A stretch of 64,000 nucleotides of DNA from Chitinophagaceae bacterium (GCA_947474435.1 CANJII010000018.1:2165-66164), one strand, 5' to 3'. Numbered from the stretch's first letter, positions 44,615 to 55,107 are shown. The notes: a model not told the origin generated them from the letters alone. Made by a program: numbers and translations.

Positions 44615-46024
44615 GTGAAAAAAATTCTGTTGCTTTTATTTTTATTGAGTTTTGAAATATGCTGTGCGCAGCAATGGTTTCCATTGCAAGGTGGATTGAG
44701 TGGAACAAATGCTCAGAGCGATAAAGTAACTGCTCTTTGTACTGATAGTGTTCATCATGTATTGTTTGTAGCAGGTTCATTTCAATATGCAAATGACACA
44801 CTGCTTGTAAAAAATATTGCTAAGTGGGATGGCACAAATTGGAGTGCTTTAATTACTCATGACAGTAATGGTATTTACAATGGATTCAGTGGCCCTGATT
44901 TAACATTTTCATTAACAATTTTTCACAACAGGTTATTTATCGCATTGAATAGTTCATTAAGCAGTGCTGTATTCTCTTGCTCTTTAGATAGTTTTGATAT
45001 TGCAGTTCATGGAGTATTTAATGCTGATATAAATGCCATCGGTGTATATAATGATACATTATATATAGGTGGAGCATTTTCTCAGTGGAAAACATATTAT
45101 ACTTCATCAACCTGGTACAATGCTTCAGGAATAGTAAAATGGGAAGGAGGCACTCAATGGCAACAAGTTGGCGGAGGTATTTCAGTTGGTGGATTTTCTG
45201 AAGTAAATGCATTATGTGTTCATCACAACAAACTATATGCAGCCGGAATATTTGAAAATGCAGGCGGCACTTATTGCAAAAACATTGCTTGCTGGAATGA
45301 TACAAGTTGGAGTGCGGTAGGAAATGGTTTTGGTTTCTCCGGTCAGTTTGATTGCATTCTTCTTTCACTTGCCTCTTACAAAAACAAATTATTCTTAGGA
45401 GGAACATTTCATCAGAGTGACGGATACATTTCAACCGGATTGGCATATTGGAATGATACCACATTCAAACCTGGCGGAGTTAGTGCCGATTTAATTTATG
45501 CGATGAAAGAATTTAATGGAAAACTTTATATCGGAGGGTGGGAGGCAGGACAAGGAATATCACCCAATGACAGAGTATCGTGTTATAACGATACGAGTTG
45601 GAACACTACAGGGGCAGGACCAGAGAATCCTGTATATGCAATGGAAGTATTCGATAGTAGTTTATATGTAGGGGGAGAATTTCTTCATGTTGATTCGACA
45701 ACTTTTGTTGGTTACATCACAAGATATGACCCAGCAATAATAATTCAAGACACAACAGCAATAGTTGAAGTGAAACAAAAGGGTTCTGCAATAAATATTT
45801 ACCCCAACCCCGCCACCAACGAAATAAAAATCTCCAATCTTTCACCCGAAGAAAATCAAATTAAAATTTTTAATCTCCTTGGTCAGCAGGTAAAAAGTTT
45901 AAGTGTGAGCAATGAACAAAATCACACCATCAATATTTCCGATTTGTCTTCCGGCATTTATATGCTCACAGTTTCCAACAACAAAAAAATAAGTTGCAAA
46001 AAATTTGTGAAGAGCCCCACCTAA
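44615..46024 (+). CDS. Beta-propeller (Kelch-like repeat) protein with a type-A T9SS CTD
   Basis: GTG start and signal peptide EICCA|QQWF. Repeated [KCY]W[DEN].T.W motifs. The C-terminus INIYPNPATNEIKISNL...SGIYMLTVSNNKKISCKKFVK is a CTD. Confidence 0.8.
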   Translation: MKKILLLLFLLSFEICCAQQWFPLQGGLSGTNAQSDKVTALCTDSVHHVLFVAGSFQYANDTLLVKNIAKWDGTNWSALITHDSNGIYNGFSGPDLTFSLTIFHNRLFIALNSSLSSAVFSCSLDSFDIAVHGVFNADINAIGVYNDTLYIGGAFSQWKTYYTSSTWYNASGIVKWEGGTQWQQVGGGISVGGFSEVNALCVHHNKLYAAGIFENAGGTYCKNIACWNDTSWSAVGNGFGFSGQFDCILLSLASYKNKLFLGGTFHQSDGYISTGLAYWNDTTFKPGGVSADLIYAMKEFNGKLYIGGWEAGQGISPNDRVSCYNDTSWNTTGAGPENPVYAMEVFDSSLYVGGEFLHVDSTTFVGYITRYDPAIIIQDTTAIVEVKQKGSAINIYPNPATNEIKISNLSPEENQIKIFNLLGQQVKSLSVSNEQNHTINISDLSSGIYMLTVSNNKKISCKKFVKSPT

Positions 46025-46115
46025 CCTCCCCAAAAGGGAGGAATAGTCACAATAATATTTTACGATAAAATATTTAAGTGGATGATTGAACGGGTAAAAA
46101 ATTTTTGTGTCGCTA

Positions 46116-49100
46116 TTACTTTATCAAGGTCACATCACCCTGAAGAGTTACAGTCAATCCGCTGTTTTTGGTAATGAAGGCGCGGTAAACATATACACCT
46201 GTATTTAATTTCTGGCCGTTGAAAGTTCCATCCCACCCTTGGTGGTATCCATCACCGCTGTAAACCAATTCGCCCCAACGATTAAAAATCTGAAGTGAAG
46301 TTGTATTTATTGTTTTGCCAAAAATCCGGAACACATCATTCCGGCCATCGTCATTCGGAGTAAATGCATTCGGAATAAAAATAAATGCGCCCGGAACAAT
46401 TATATAAGGTCCCTGAGTTATTGAATCGCTGCAACCAACATCGTTGTATGCAATAAGTGTCACGAAATAGATTCCGGTATCACTGTAAATATGTGTTGGA
46501 TGCATAATACCGGCGCTGTCGCCATCACCAAAAGTCCATAGATATGATGTTCCGTTCTGAGTTAAGTTTTCAAAAACAAATTCATTTTCATCCAATGCCA
46601 GATCCAAACCAGCTACCGGATCAGAAGTAAACTGAACATCGGGAGTTGGCTGCACATTAATATAATTTGGAATAGTCAGTACCGAAGAACATCCAAATTG
46701 ATTGAACGCAGTAAGTGTTACAGCATACAATCCAACCGAATAATCATGTGTCGGATTAACAGTAGTATCAGAGCTGTTGTCACCAAAATTCCAACTGTAA
46801 TTTGTGGCGCCGGTACTGTTGTTTGTAAAAAATGTTTGCAATTGATCGCATGCAAAAAGAGGAGCTCCTGAAAAAGCTGGAACAGGAAGCGGATTTACAT
46901 GTACAGAAATTGAATTGGTATCACTGGTACATAACGCTTGATTAACCGACAGTGAAATAATATAATCTCCGGTATCAGAAAAAACAATGTTGTATGGCCC
47001 CTGACCACTTCCGTTTGCAATTATTCCATTATCGAAATTCCAATTATATGAACCTGTATTATTTCCGGTGCCGGTATATTGTACATCAACCGGTGAGTTC
47101 ACACAGGCAACAACAGGTGTCACTGTAAAAGAAGATGTAGGAACAGCATTCACACTTATGTTTTGAGTACTGGTAGCAGTGCACCCGTTATCAGTAATGG
47201 TTAGCACCACAGGATAAAAACCCGGTGTAGAAAACGAAAGCACATATGGTCCGGTTCCGGTTCCGCTCAAAACGGTGGCAACTCCAAAATCCCAGGTAAA
47301 AACTGCATTGCCACTTGCAGAACCATTAAAAGTAATGGTTGAATTTTTATCAAGGCAAATGGGCGATGTGGTATTAAAATCGGCAAGTGGAGCATCAATA
47401 ACATTGATAGTATGAAAAACAGTTGGAGAAGTGCAGTTATCTATCGTTACTGCTAATGAAACTGTATGAACGCCTGGCGTATTCCAGTAAATCTGATATG
47501 GACCGGCCCCACTACCGCTTGAAATAATTCCACCTCCGAAATCCCAATTATATATTGCATTTGAAGCCATTGTTCCTGTATAAGTTATTGGTGTATTTAT
47601 TACTTCACAAATGGATGGAACAATTGTAAACTCTGCAACAGGAATCGGATTGACTAAAACTGTGTTAGAAGTCATTTGAGAAGTGCACCCAAAATCCTGA
47701 ACCACCAGTGTTATGTTATAACTTCCGGGTAACGGATAGCTTAGTATCCATGGCCCTGCCCCGCCACCACTGATTATATTTCCACCCCAAAAATACCAAC
47801 TGAACGGCGCATTAATGTTTGCATTACCTGTGTAAGTAACAGTGGTTCCTCCACCTGCACAAGCAGGACTTTGAACAATAAATGATGAGGTAGGTGATTG
47901 CAAAACGGTAACCTGTGTTGTAGTAGTCGACACACAACCATTTAATGTAACAGTTAATGTTACAGTATAAGTACCGGCAGTATTCCACATAATATCATAT
48001 GGGCCTGCTCCACTACCATTTACAATTGTTCCTCCACCAAAATTCCAGTTAAAAACATATGGAAAACCAAGTTGACCATTATATGTTATTACTGTATTGG
48101 CATCTTCGCAAGCAGTTCCGACAGTAAACGATGATGTGGGTACCTGATTAACCAATACAGTATGAAAAGTTGTATCTGATATGCATCCGTTTTCAGTAAC
48201 TATAAGTGAAATAGTTTTTACACCGGCACTTGGCCAGCTTATTTGATAAGGTCCGCCGCCACTACCGCTCGCAATTAAACCGCCGTTGAAAGTCCAGTTA
48301 TATGTTGCGCCAATACCCGCATTCCCAAAATATGAAATGGTTGAATTTTGCATAGGGCAAACCGGTGATGCAGCATTAAATGTGGAAGTTAACATCGGTT
48401 TTACAACCATCTGATTAATGGTTTGAACTGAAGTGCAACCATTTTCAGTAACAGTTAACTTAACACTCTTTAAACCTTGCGAATTCCATAGTACGGGTGG
48501 AGGTGATTGGCCGGTTGCGTTAGCAGGAATGCCTCCTGTAAAAATCCAATTATATGTAGCAGAAGCACCAGCACTGCCTGTATAATTAACTGAGACAGGA
48601 GTACCAACACAAGTTGTATCTGTATTAAAAGAAAAAGTTGAAGTCGGTATTGGATTGACCACAACATTTTGTGGAACAGCAGTGCCTGAACAACCATTTT
48701 TCGTTACAGTTAATTGCACAGAATATGTTCCAGCAACGCTCCAGTTAACCTGATGTGGACTGTTTCCTGATCCACTTACAATTGTACCGCCATCAAAATC
48801 CCAATTATAGGTTGCTGTTCCACCCCCGTTTCCGGTGTAGGTTATTAATGAATTTTGTCCTTCACAAACAGGTGATGTTACATTGATTGTAGCAGTTGGT
48901 AATGCAAGTATCTGTATGTTTTGATTCGTTATGGTGGAGGTGCAAATTCCGATAGTAACATTCAGTGATATTGGAAAATTTCCGGCAGCATTCCATTGTA
49001 CCTGGTAAGGACCTTGTCCGCTACCGCTTATGATAATTCCTGTTCCGAAGTTCCAATTGTAAGTCGCATTAACAGAGGCATTGCCACTATAAGTTATTGT

Positions 49101-51101
49101 AACCGGTTGACCAATGCACTGAGGGGGAGTAATTGTAAACGATGAAGTTGGTTGCGGACTTACAAAAATTGATTGCACATAAGGTTGAGAAACACATGCG
49201 CCTAAAGTTGCAACAAGCGAAACCGTATAAAAGCCGGGAGCAGAAAACAGGTGTGTAGGATTTTGCAATGCAGATGTATTGCTTGCACCTGAACCAGGAT
49301 CATTAAAATTCCATAAATAAGTAGTTGTTGCAATTCCATTACCGGTATAGTTAAAGGATGCAGTTTGTGTAATGCATATGGGTGTTGAGGTTATGAAAGT
49401 TGCCGTTGAAGCTGGTAAAATATTTACTAACCGCAATGCCTGGTAAGTTCCGCCACATGCATCTGACACCAATAAAGTGTAGGTAGTATTTACCAATGGA
49501 GCAACTGAAATCGAAGATGTAGTATATCCTCCGGGACTCCATAAATAAGTGTAAGGAGGAACACCGTATTGTGGGTTCGAATTGTATGTAACGGTTGTTC
49601 CTGAACAAAGATTAAATCCGGCAATTGATGAAGTGATTGCAGCCTGAACTGTAATTCCTGAAACCGTTACACTGTAATAGGTTGGATCTAAACGAATACA
49701 TGTATTCGGGCAACCTGTTCCGGTACAAACCAACCGCATCAATTGCAGTGAAATTTGTATTGGTTGAGGCAAACATGATGGGGGTAAACAATCTATAATT
49801 TGTGGAATTGCAATACTTGAACCTGTACATGTACCTGCAAATGGGGCATTCTGACAAGTCCATGGTACACCCGGCGCTTCTTGTGAAATACCACATGGCC
49901 CCACAATGTTCATTCCTCCGTTTTCAATCCAGCAATTGCTGCATGCGGCTGCACCAGGCGCCGAATATCGTGCACTGAATCCGGCATTGGTTGCTTCTGC
50001 ATTTCCCGGAAACATTAAATTAATTGGATAACTGCAAGTCGTATTCAACCAGGTTCCGTTTGCATAACCACTGCCTTCATATACAATAGGAAGGTAGCTT
50101 CCCGAAATTGTAACAGTTGGGTCAATTGTTATCGGATAATCCCTGTGTTTTTCATTTAACCATTCGGCAGAAACAAACAATTGCAATTTCCAATTTCCAT
50201 TTTCATAAATTAATTTATATCCTATTTCTTTAGTTGAAATATCTTCATCATTCGAACTATTTGAATCAAACATTTCAGGCTTAATAATTCTGAATTCTTC
50301 CAATCCTTTATCGTTCAGCACCACTAAATCTCCAATCCATATTCCCTCAGAATTTGCATAGCCTTCTTCAGCATATTTTAATAAATAATTATCAGGCAAC
50401 AAAAAATTATCTTCAAACATTAACCATTTTGTTTGCTCAAGCAATTCAGGATTCTTAATCAAAACATAATTGGTTTCAATACTTCCCTGACTAACTATTA
50501 ACTGCCGGTATATTCCCGGAAAAAAATTCCGTTGTTCAACGCCATCATCGCCGGATGTAAAAAATACTTCGTTTGATGATTGATGTTCGTTCAATATAAT
50601 TTCACCTTTCTGCTCATACATTTTAACTTGCTGATTGAAAATAATTTTTTTCAATCCAACTAATGAAGTAAATCCGTTTTCCAAATCAATCTCAACCGGA
50701 AATGGCTGTTGTAATGCAGCAAATTTTTTATCGCCGGTTTTTTTAATTCTTGAATCAGTTGTTATCCATCTTCCATCTGCATCTTTATAATGCATTGGCA
50801 AGTAAGATTTCTGTATGGTGAATTCAGTTCCGTTGGTACTGTCTTTTAAAAAATACCGTTCATCAGCGGTTCTCTTTTCTATTATTTCAAAACAATCAGT
50901 GCATCCGGCATTGTAAGGGAGTGTTCCATATTCCGGATGCAATTTTTCATTGGAGAATTTTGAAAGCTCTGCTGTATTTGATTTTATTTCAGGTGAAAAA
51001 GAATAAAAATTTATTTGCGTTTGCTGCATAGGCACAACCATCTGCGAGTAACCGAAGCAAGTAATTGAAAGAAATAAAACAAGAGTAACAAGTGATTTCA
51101 C
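46116..51101 (-). CDS. Giant surface protein (1661 aa) with 12 PKD-like units and a type-B T9SS sorting domain
   Basis: GTG start and signal peptide CFGYS|QMVV. The N-domain ends YPITIDPTVT and is homologous to that of the 1620-aa protein. There are 12 [YF].W.F units. The C-terminus IPNAFTPNDDGRNDVFRIFG...LQGDVTLIK is a type-B CTD. Confidence 0.85.
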   Translation of the reverse strand: MKSLVTLVLFLSITCFGYSQMVVPMQQTQINFYSFSPEIKSNTAELSKFSNEKLHPEYGTLPYNAGCTDCFEIIEKRTADERYFLKDSTNGTEFTIQKSYLPMHYKDADGRWITTDSRIKKTGDKKFAALQQPFPVEIDLENGFTSLVGLKKIIFNQQVKMYEQKGEIILNEHQSSNEVFFTSGDDGVEQRNFFPGIYRQLIVSQGSIETNYVLIKNPELLEQTKWLMFEDNFLLPDNYLLKYAEEGYANSEGIWIGDLVVLNDKGLEEFRIIKPEMFDSNSSNDEDISTKEIGYKLIYENGNWKLQLFVSAEWLNEKHRDYPITIDPTVTISGSYLPIVYEGSGYANGTWLNTTCSYPINLMFPGNAEATNAGFSARYSAPGAAACSNCWIENGGMNIVGPCGISQEAPGVPWTCQNAPFAGTCTGSSIAIPQIIDCLPPSCLPQPIQISLQLMRLVCTGTGCPNTCIRLDPTYYSVTVSGITVQAAITSSIAGFNLCSGTTVTYNSNPQYGVPPYTYLWSPGGYTTSSISVAPLVNTTYTLLVSDACGGTYQALRLVNILPASTATFITSTPICITQTASFNYTGNGIATTTYLWNFNDPGSGASNTSALQNPTHLFSAPGFYTVSLVATLGACVSQPYVQSIFVSPQPTSSFTITPPQCIGQPVTITYSGNASVNATYNWNFGTGIIISGSGQGPYQVQWNAAGNFPISLNVTIGICTSTITNQNIQILALPTATINVTSPVCEGQNSLITYTGNGGGTATYNWDFDGGTIVSGSGNSPHQVNWSVAGTYSVQLTVTKNGCSGTAVPQNVVVNPIPTSTFSFNTDTTCVGTPVSVNYTGSAGASATYNWIFTGGIPANATGQSPPPVLWNSQGLKSVKLTVTENGCTSVQTINQMVVKPMLTSTFNAASPVCPMQNSTISYFGNAGIGATYNWTFNGGLIASGSGGGPYQISWPSAGVKTISLIVTENGCISDTTFHTVLVNQVPTSSFTVGTACEDANTVITYNGQLGFPYVFNWNFGGGTIVNGSGAGPYDIMWNTAGTYTVTLTVTLNGCVSTTTTQVTVLQSPTSSFIVQSPACAGGGTTVTYTGNANINAPFSWYFWGGNIISGGGAGPWILSYPLPGSYNITLVVQDFGCTSQMTSNTVLVNPIPVAEFTIVPSICEVINTPITYTGTMASNAIYNWDFGGGIISSGSGAGPYQIYWNTPGVHTVSLAVTIDNCTSPTVFHTINVIDAPLADFNTTSPICLDKNSTITFNGSASGNAVFTWDFGVATVLSGTGTGPYVLSFSTPGFYPVVLTITDNGCTATSTQNISVNAVPTSSFTVTPVVACVNSPVDVQYTGTGNNTGSYNWNFDNGIIANGSGQGPYNIVFSDTGDYIISLSVNQALCTSDTNSISVHVNPLPVPAFSGAPLFACDQLQTFFTNNSTGATNYSWNFGDNSSDTTVNPTHDYSVGLYAVTLTAFNQFGCSSVLTIPNYINVQPTPDVQFTSDPVAGLDLALDENEFVFENLTQNGTSYLWTFGDGDSAGIMHPTHIYSDTGIYFVTLIAYNDVGCSDSITQGPYIIVPGAFIFIPNAFTPNDDGRNDVFRIFGKTINTTSLQIFNRWGELVYSGDGYHQGWDGTFNGQKLNTGVYVYRAFITKNSGLTVTLQGDVTLIK

Positions 51102-51241
51102 CTATCGGGAAAATTATTTTTGGGGGGGTGGAAAGTTACATAAATGTCTGAAACTTAGGAACAAATTTGCACTTGTGGTTTTTGGTTCAATATCCAAGGG
51201 TTCAATTATTACATTCGCTCCCTCAATTTGTAAATTTCTCT

Positions 51242-52150
51242 ATGTCGAATATTGTTGAATTGAAAAACATCAGCAAGGTTTATTTAAAAACCCCGGCGGT
51301 TGATAATGTTTCATTTGTAGTTCCGGAACAAAGTATTTTCGGAATGCTGGGTCCAAATGGTTCCGGCAAAACCACTACTATCAGAATGATTACAAGTATT
51401 ATTATGCCGGATAGTGGTCAGGTGTTGTTTGGCAATGAAATGCTGAAGCGAAATCACACTTCACAAATGGGATACATGCCCGAAGAGCGTGGCCTGTATA
51501 AAAAAATGAAAGTGTGGGAACAATTGGTTTATCTCGCACAACTGAAAGGACTCTCAGCAAAAGATGCTAAGAAAAAAGTGTTTGAATGGATGGAGCGTTT
51601 GAACATTAAAGACTGGTGGAACAAAAGAGTGGAAGAATTATCAAAAGGAATGGGACAGAAAATTCAATTCGTGAGCACGGTTGTTCATGATCCAAAACTG
51701 ATAATTCTCGACGAACCATTCAGTGGACTTGATCCGGTAAATGCAGATTTAATTAAAAATGAAATCATGCGCCTGCGTGATGAAGGAGCTACCATTATTT
51801 TTTCCACTCACAGAATGGAACAGGTGGAAGAAATTTGCGAAAGCATTGTGCTTTATAACAAAGGGAAAATAATTTTAGATGGCAAAGTGGAAGAGGTTCG
51901 AAAGCGTTTTCGTCAGCATAATTTTTCGGTGAAGTATGAAGGATCTGCACCAACCATGAGCGATTTCCGTTTCAAAGTACAATCAACCACAGACCATGAA
52001 ATGATTGTGAAAATTGCGGATGATGCGCAACCCAAAGATTTGCTTCGCACATTAATCAATCAGGATTGCAATGTCATTGGCTTTAATGAAATTCTGCCTT
52101 CACTCAACGAAATATTTATTCAACAAGTAACCACCACCACACATGAATAA
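51242..52150 (+). CDS. ABC transporter ATP-binding protein (NatA/ABC-2 exporter type)
   Basis: Walker A GPNGSGKTT, signature LSKGMGQK, Walker B LIILDEP and H-loop STHRM. Start is the ATG at 51242. Confidence 0.9.
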   Translation: MSNIVELKNISKVYLKTPAVDNVSFVVPEQSIFGMLGPNGSGKTTTIRMITSIIMPDSGQVLFGNEMLKRNHTSQMGYMPEERGLYKKMKVWEQLVYLAQLKGLSAKDAKKKVFEWMERLNIKDWWNKRVEELSKGMGQKIQFVSTVVHDPKLIILDEPFSGLDPVNADLIKNEIMRLRDEGATIIFSTHRMEQVEEICESIVLYNKGKIILDGKVEEVRKRFRQHNFSVKYEGSAPTMSDFRFKVQSTTDHEMIVKIADDAQPKDLLRTLINQDCNVIGFNEILPSLNEIFIQQVTTTTHE

Positions 52151-53459
52151 AATTCTCATAATTATTAAACGCGAATATGTAACCCGTGTTCGCAAAAAAT
52201 TATTCATCATCACCACCATTTTAACACCGGTTGGTTTTGCTTCTATATTTTTAGTTCAGATGTTTCTGTCATCTGTTTCCAACGAAACAAAAAAAATTAT
52301 TGTTGCTGATGAAACCGGAATATTTAAAAGCAAATTAGAAAACAAGGATCACCTGGAATTTTCATACAGCGATATAAAATTTGAAGAACTGAAAAAACAA
52401 TTTCAGGAAAAAGGCTATTCAGGAATACTGCATGTGCCGGCTGATTTTAATATGTACACACCCGAAGGCATTGAATATTTTTCAGATGAACAATTAGGGC
52501 TCGGCCCGCAATCAAGCATTGAAGATATGCTTACTGATATTATCAGAACCGATAAGCTCGAAAAAATTGACATCTCTCCCGCGTTGGTTGATCAGTTAAG
52601 TAAAAGTGTTTCGTTGAACACCATAGTTGTAAGTGACCAAGGAGAGAAGGAAGGCAACACCGGTTTAGCAAGTGGCATTGGATTTATTATGGGTACCATA
52701 ATTTACATTGTCATGTTTATTTATGGCGGCATGGTGATGCGAGGAGTGCTGGAAGAAAAAAATAACCGCATTGCTGAAGTCATTATTTCATCAGTAAAAC
52801 CATTTGAAATGATGATGGGAAAAATAATAGGCATTGCAATGGTTGGACTAACACAGTTTGTACTCTGGATAATTTTAATTGCAGGAATATTTTTTGTTTT
52901 AGGATCCATGTATTCCAATCAGATTCAGGAAATGCAACAAGCACAGCAAATGATGCCCGGCGCACAAATGCAAATGCAGCAACAAATGGGCGGATGGGAT
53001 GCATATGGAAAAATGCAGGAAAGCGTTTCAACCATCAACATTCCCTGGATGGTATTTATTTTTCTGTTTTATTTTCTTGGAGGCTATTTTATTTATGCTT
53101 CGTTGTTTGCCGCAGTGGGTGCAGCAACAGGTGATGAACCGGATACTTCTTTAAATTTAATCATCACCATTCCGGTTATCATTTCGTTTTTTATAATGAT
53201 GAATGTTCCGAACGAACCACACAGCACACTTGCTGTGTTTGCATCCATCTTTCCGCTTACAAGCCCCATAGTTATGGCGGGTCGAATAGGTTTTGAACCG
53301 CCCATGTGGCAGGTAATTGCTTCAATGGTTTCGCTCATTGTCGGATTTATTTTAATTGTGTGGATGGCAGCAAAAATTTACCGCACCGGAATATTGATGT
53401 ACGGAAAAAAGAATTCGTTGCGCGAAGTTGTTAAGTGGCTTTTCTATAAATACAATTGA
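52143..53459 (+). CDS. ABC-2 family permease (NatB-like, large extracytoplasmic loop after TM1)
   Basis: 438 aa. One N-terminal TM helix, a ~150-aa loop, then five or more TM helices. It overlaps the ATPase gene by 8 nt. Confidence 0.8.
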   Translation: MNKILIIIKREYVTRVRKKLFIITTILTPVGFASIFLVQMFLSSVSNETKKIIVADETGIFKSKLENKDHLEFSYSDIKFEELKKQFQEKGYSGILHVPADFNMYTPEGIEYFSDEQLGLGPQSSIEDMLTDIIRTDKLEKIDISPALVDQLSKSVSLNTIVVSDQGEKEGNTGLASGIGFIMGTIIYIVMFIYGGMVMRGVLEEKNNRIAEVIISSVKPFEMMMGKIIGIAMVGLTQFVLWIILIAGIFFVLGSMYSNQIQEMQQAQQMMPGAQMQMQQQMGGWDAYGKMQESVSTINIPWMVFIFLFYFLGGYFIYASLFAAVGAATGDEPDTSLNLIITIPVIISFFIMMNVPNEPHSTLAVFASIFPLTSPIVMAGRIGFEPPMWQVIASMVSLIVGFILIVWMAAKIYRTGILMYGKKNSLREVVKWLFYKYN

Positions 53460-54490
53460 TGAAATCAGTAGTCAGAATTTTTATTGCAATTATTTTTATC
53501 GGAAGTTTTATTGTGCAATTTTCTTCCTGTTCATCATGCAATAACCCTAAACCACTTACTGTTGATACAACAAAACCAAAACCGGTTGTAACAGTTCGTG
53601 TTCCTGAATTTGATGCTGACTCTTCTTATAAATATTGTGATGCACAGGTGAAATTCGGTCCGCGAATTCCCGGAACAAAAGCACAACAGCAATGCGCCGC
53701 TTATTTAGAAAAAATGCTGAAGCGCTATTGTGATACTGTATATGTGCAGAAAGCGAATGTGAAAGTTTACGATGGAACAGAAAAACCAATGATCAATCTT
53801 ATTGGAAGTTTTAATCCGAAAGCAAAAAAAAGAATTCTGTTACTCTCTCATTGGGACACCAGACCATGGAGCGATCGTGATGTGAATGAACCAAAGAAAC
53901 AATTTGATGGCGCTGATGATGGTGGCAGCGGAGTTGGGATTTTAATTGCATGCGCTGAACAATTTCAAAAACAAAAACCGAATGTGGGAATTGATATTCT
54001 GTTGTGCGATGTAGAAGATTACGGTCCACCGGAATTTGAAACCAAGTGGGATGAAACGGATCAGTATGCGCTCGGCACTCAATACTGGGCAAATCATCCG
54101 CACACAAAAAACTATCGCGCCTTCTATGGAATTTTATTAGACATGACCGGCGCTGTAAATGCGCGCTTCCCAAAAGAAGCATTCTCTATGAAGTATGCGC
54201 CAAGTGTGATAAACGAATTCTGGAATCATGCACAATCATTAGGTTTCGGAAATTATTTTGTGAATGAAAATGCAAATGCAATTACCGACGATCATTATTA
54301 TGTAAACACTCTCAATGGAACACCAACCATTGATATCATCAATCTCAGCACAGAAACAAAAACCGGTTTCGCTCCGCACTGGCATGCGCAATCAGATAAT
54401 ATGGATTTGATTGATCGTGCAACCATGAAAGCAGTGGGGCAAACATTATTGCAGATGATTTATTACGAACCTGGAGATGAAAATTTATAA
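53459..54490 (+). CDS. M28-fold lipoprotein, candidate glutaminyl-peptide cyclotransferase
   Basis: Lipobox-like QFSSCSSC. SHWDTRPW, GADDGGSGVGILI, LCDVEDYG and HWHAQSDN match M28 metal ligands. Size and lipoprotein nature fit the animal-type glutaminyl cyclase (QC) of Bacteroidota. Its ATG overlaps the permease stop (TGATG). Confidence 0.65.
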   Translation: MKSVVRIFIAIIFIGSFIVQFSSCSSCNNPKPLTVDTTKPKPVVTVRVPEFDADSSYKYCDAQVKFGPRIPGTKAQQQCAAYLEKMLKRYCDTVYVQKANVKVYDGTEKPMINLIGSFNPKAKKRILLLSHWDTRPWSDRDVNEPKKQFDGADDGGSGVGILIACAEQFQKQKPNVGIDILLCDVEDYGPPEFETKWDETDQYALGTQYWANHPHTKNYRAFYGILLDMTGAVNARFPKEAFSMKYAPSVINEFWNHAQSLGFGNYFVNENANAITDDHYYVNTLNGTPTIDIINLSTETKTGFAPHWHAQSDNMDLIDRATMKAVGQTLLQMIYYEPGDENL

Positions 54491-54516
54491 GAAAAATAAA
54501 AATTAACTAAGAGTAT

Positions 54517-54960
54517 TCAACTTGATTTTTCTTCTTCACAAGCTTTCATCAGCTCCGGATAAAAACGAAAGAAACTTTCTTTCAAAACAATTTCATTATC
54601 CAAAATGAATTGAGGCGCTTGCAAAAGCAATTCGCCTTTTCTGATTCGCCTCGACATACCATTAAATGATTTTGTCATTCCATCTATGGTTGCATAATTC
54701 AGCAACCAATTTTCTTTTCGCATGTATGGAAGCAATTGCTGATTTCGCTCCGGCATAATGGAAGCATATTTTTCAAACACAAGATATGCACGATGCGAAA
54801 ACGATTCCAGTGAATCAGCATTGAATTCAAACCAGTGCTTTGCGAGTATGTGGTCGTATATCATATCAATCACCACACCTGAAAGCAAACCGAATTGTGG
54901 CCGCAATAATTTTTCACAAACGAAACCCGCACCACAGGCAAGCATGAAGAAGTGTTGCAC
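54517..54960 (-). pseudogene. acpH: Acyl carrier protein phosphodiesterase (AcpH), 5'-truncated
   Basis: VVIDMIYDHILAKHW...NWLLNYATIDGM...FYPELM matches the central and C-terminal parts of AcpH. The N-terminal ~40 aa (the FLAH... region) are absent, and I found them in no frame of 54961-55107. Confidence 0.6.
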
Positions 54961-55107
54961 ATAAATGAGTTGCTACCAACAGATAGTTATATTTTAAGTA
55001 TAGACAATGGTAAAAACACACAAGGGGTAAAAATTGTTAAAGAGTAAAATGAGAGATGAGCAATACAACAAACCACAAAGCGCAAAAGCACCCGTGTACC
55101 GCACTGC

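Noticed and set aside
46025-46041. Short hairpin cctccc-caaaa-gggagg after the propeller gene, considered as a terminator
   Set aside because: It has only a 6-bp stem and no following T run. It may be a weak terminator or another REP-type motif, but support is too weak to list as a feature.
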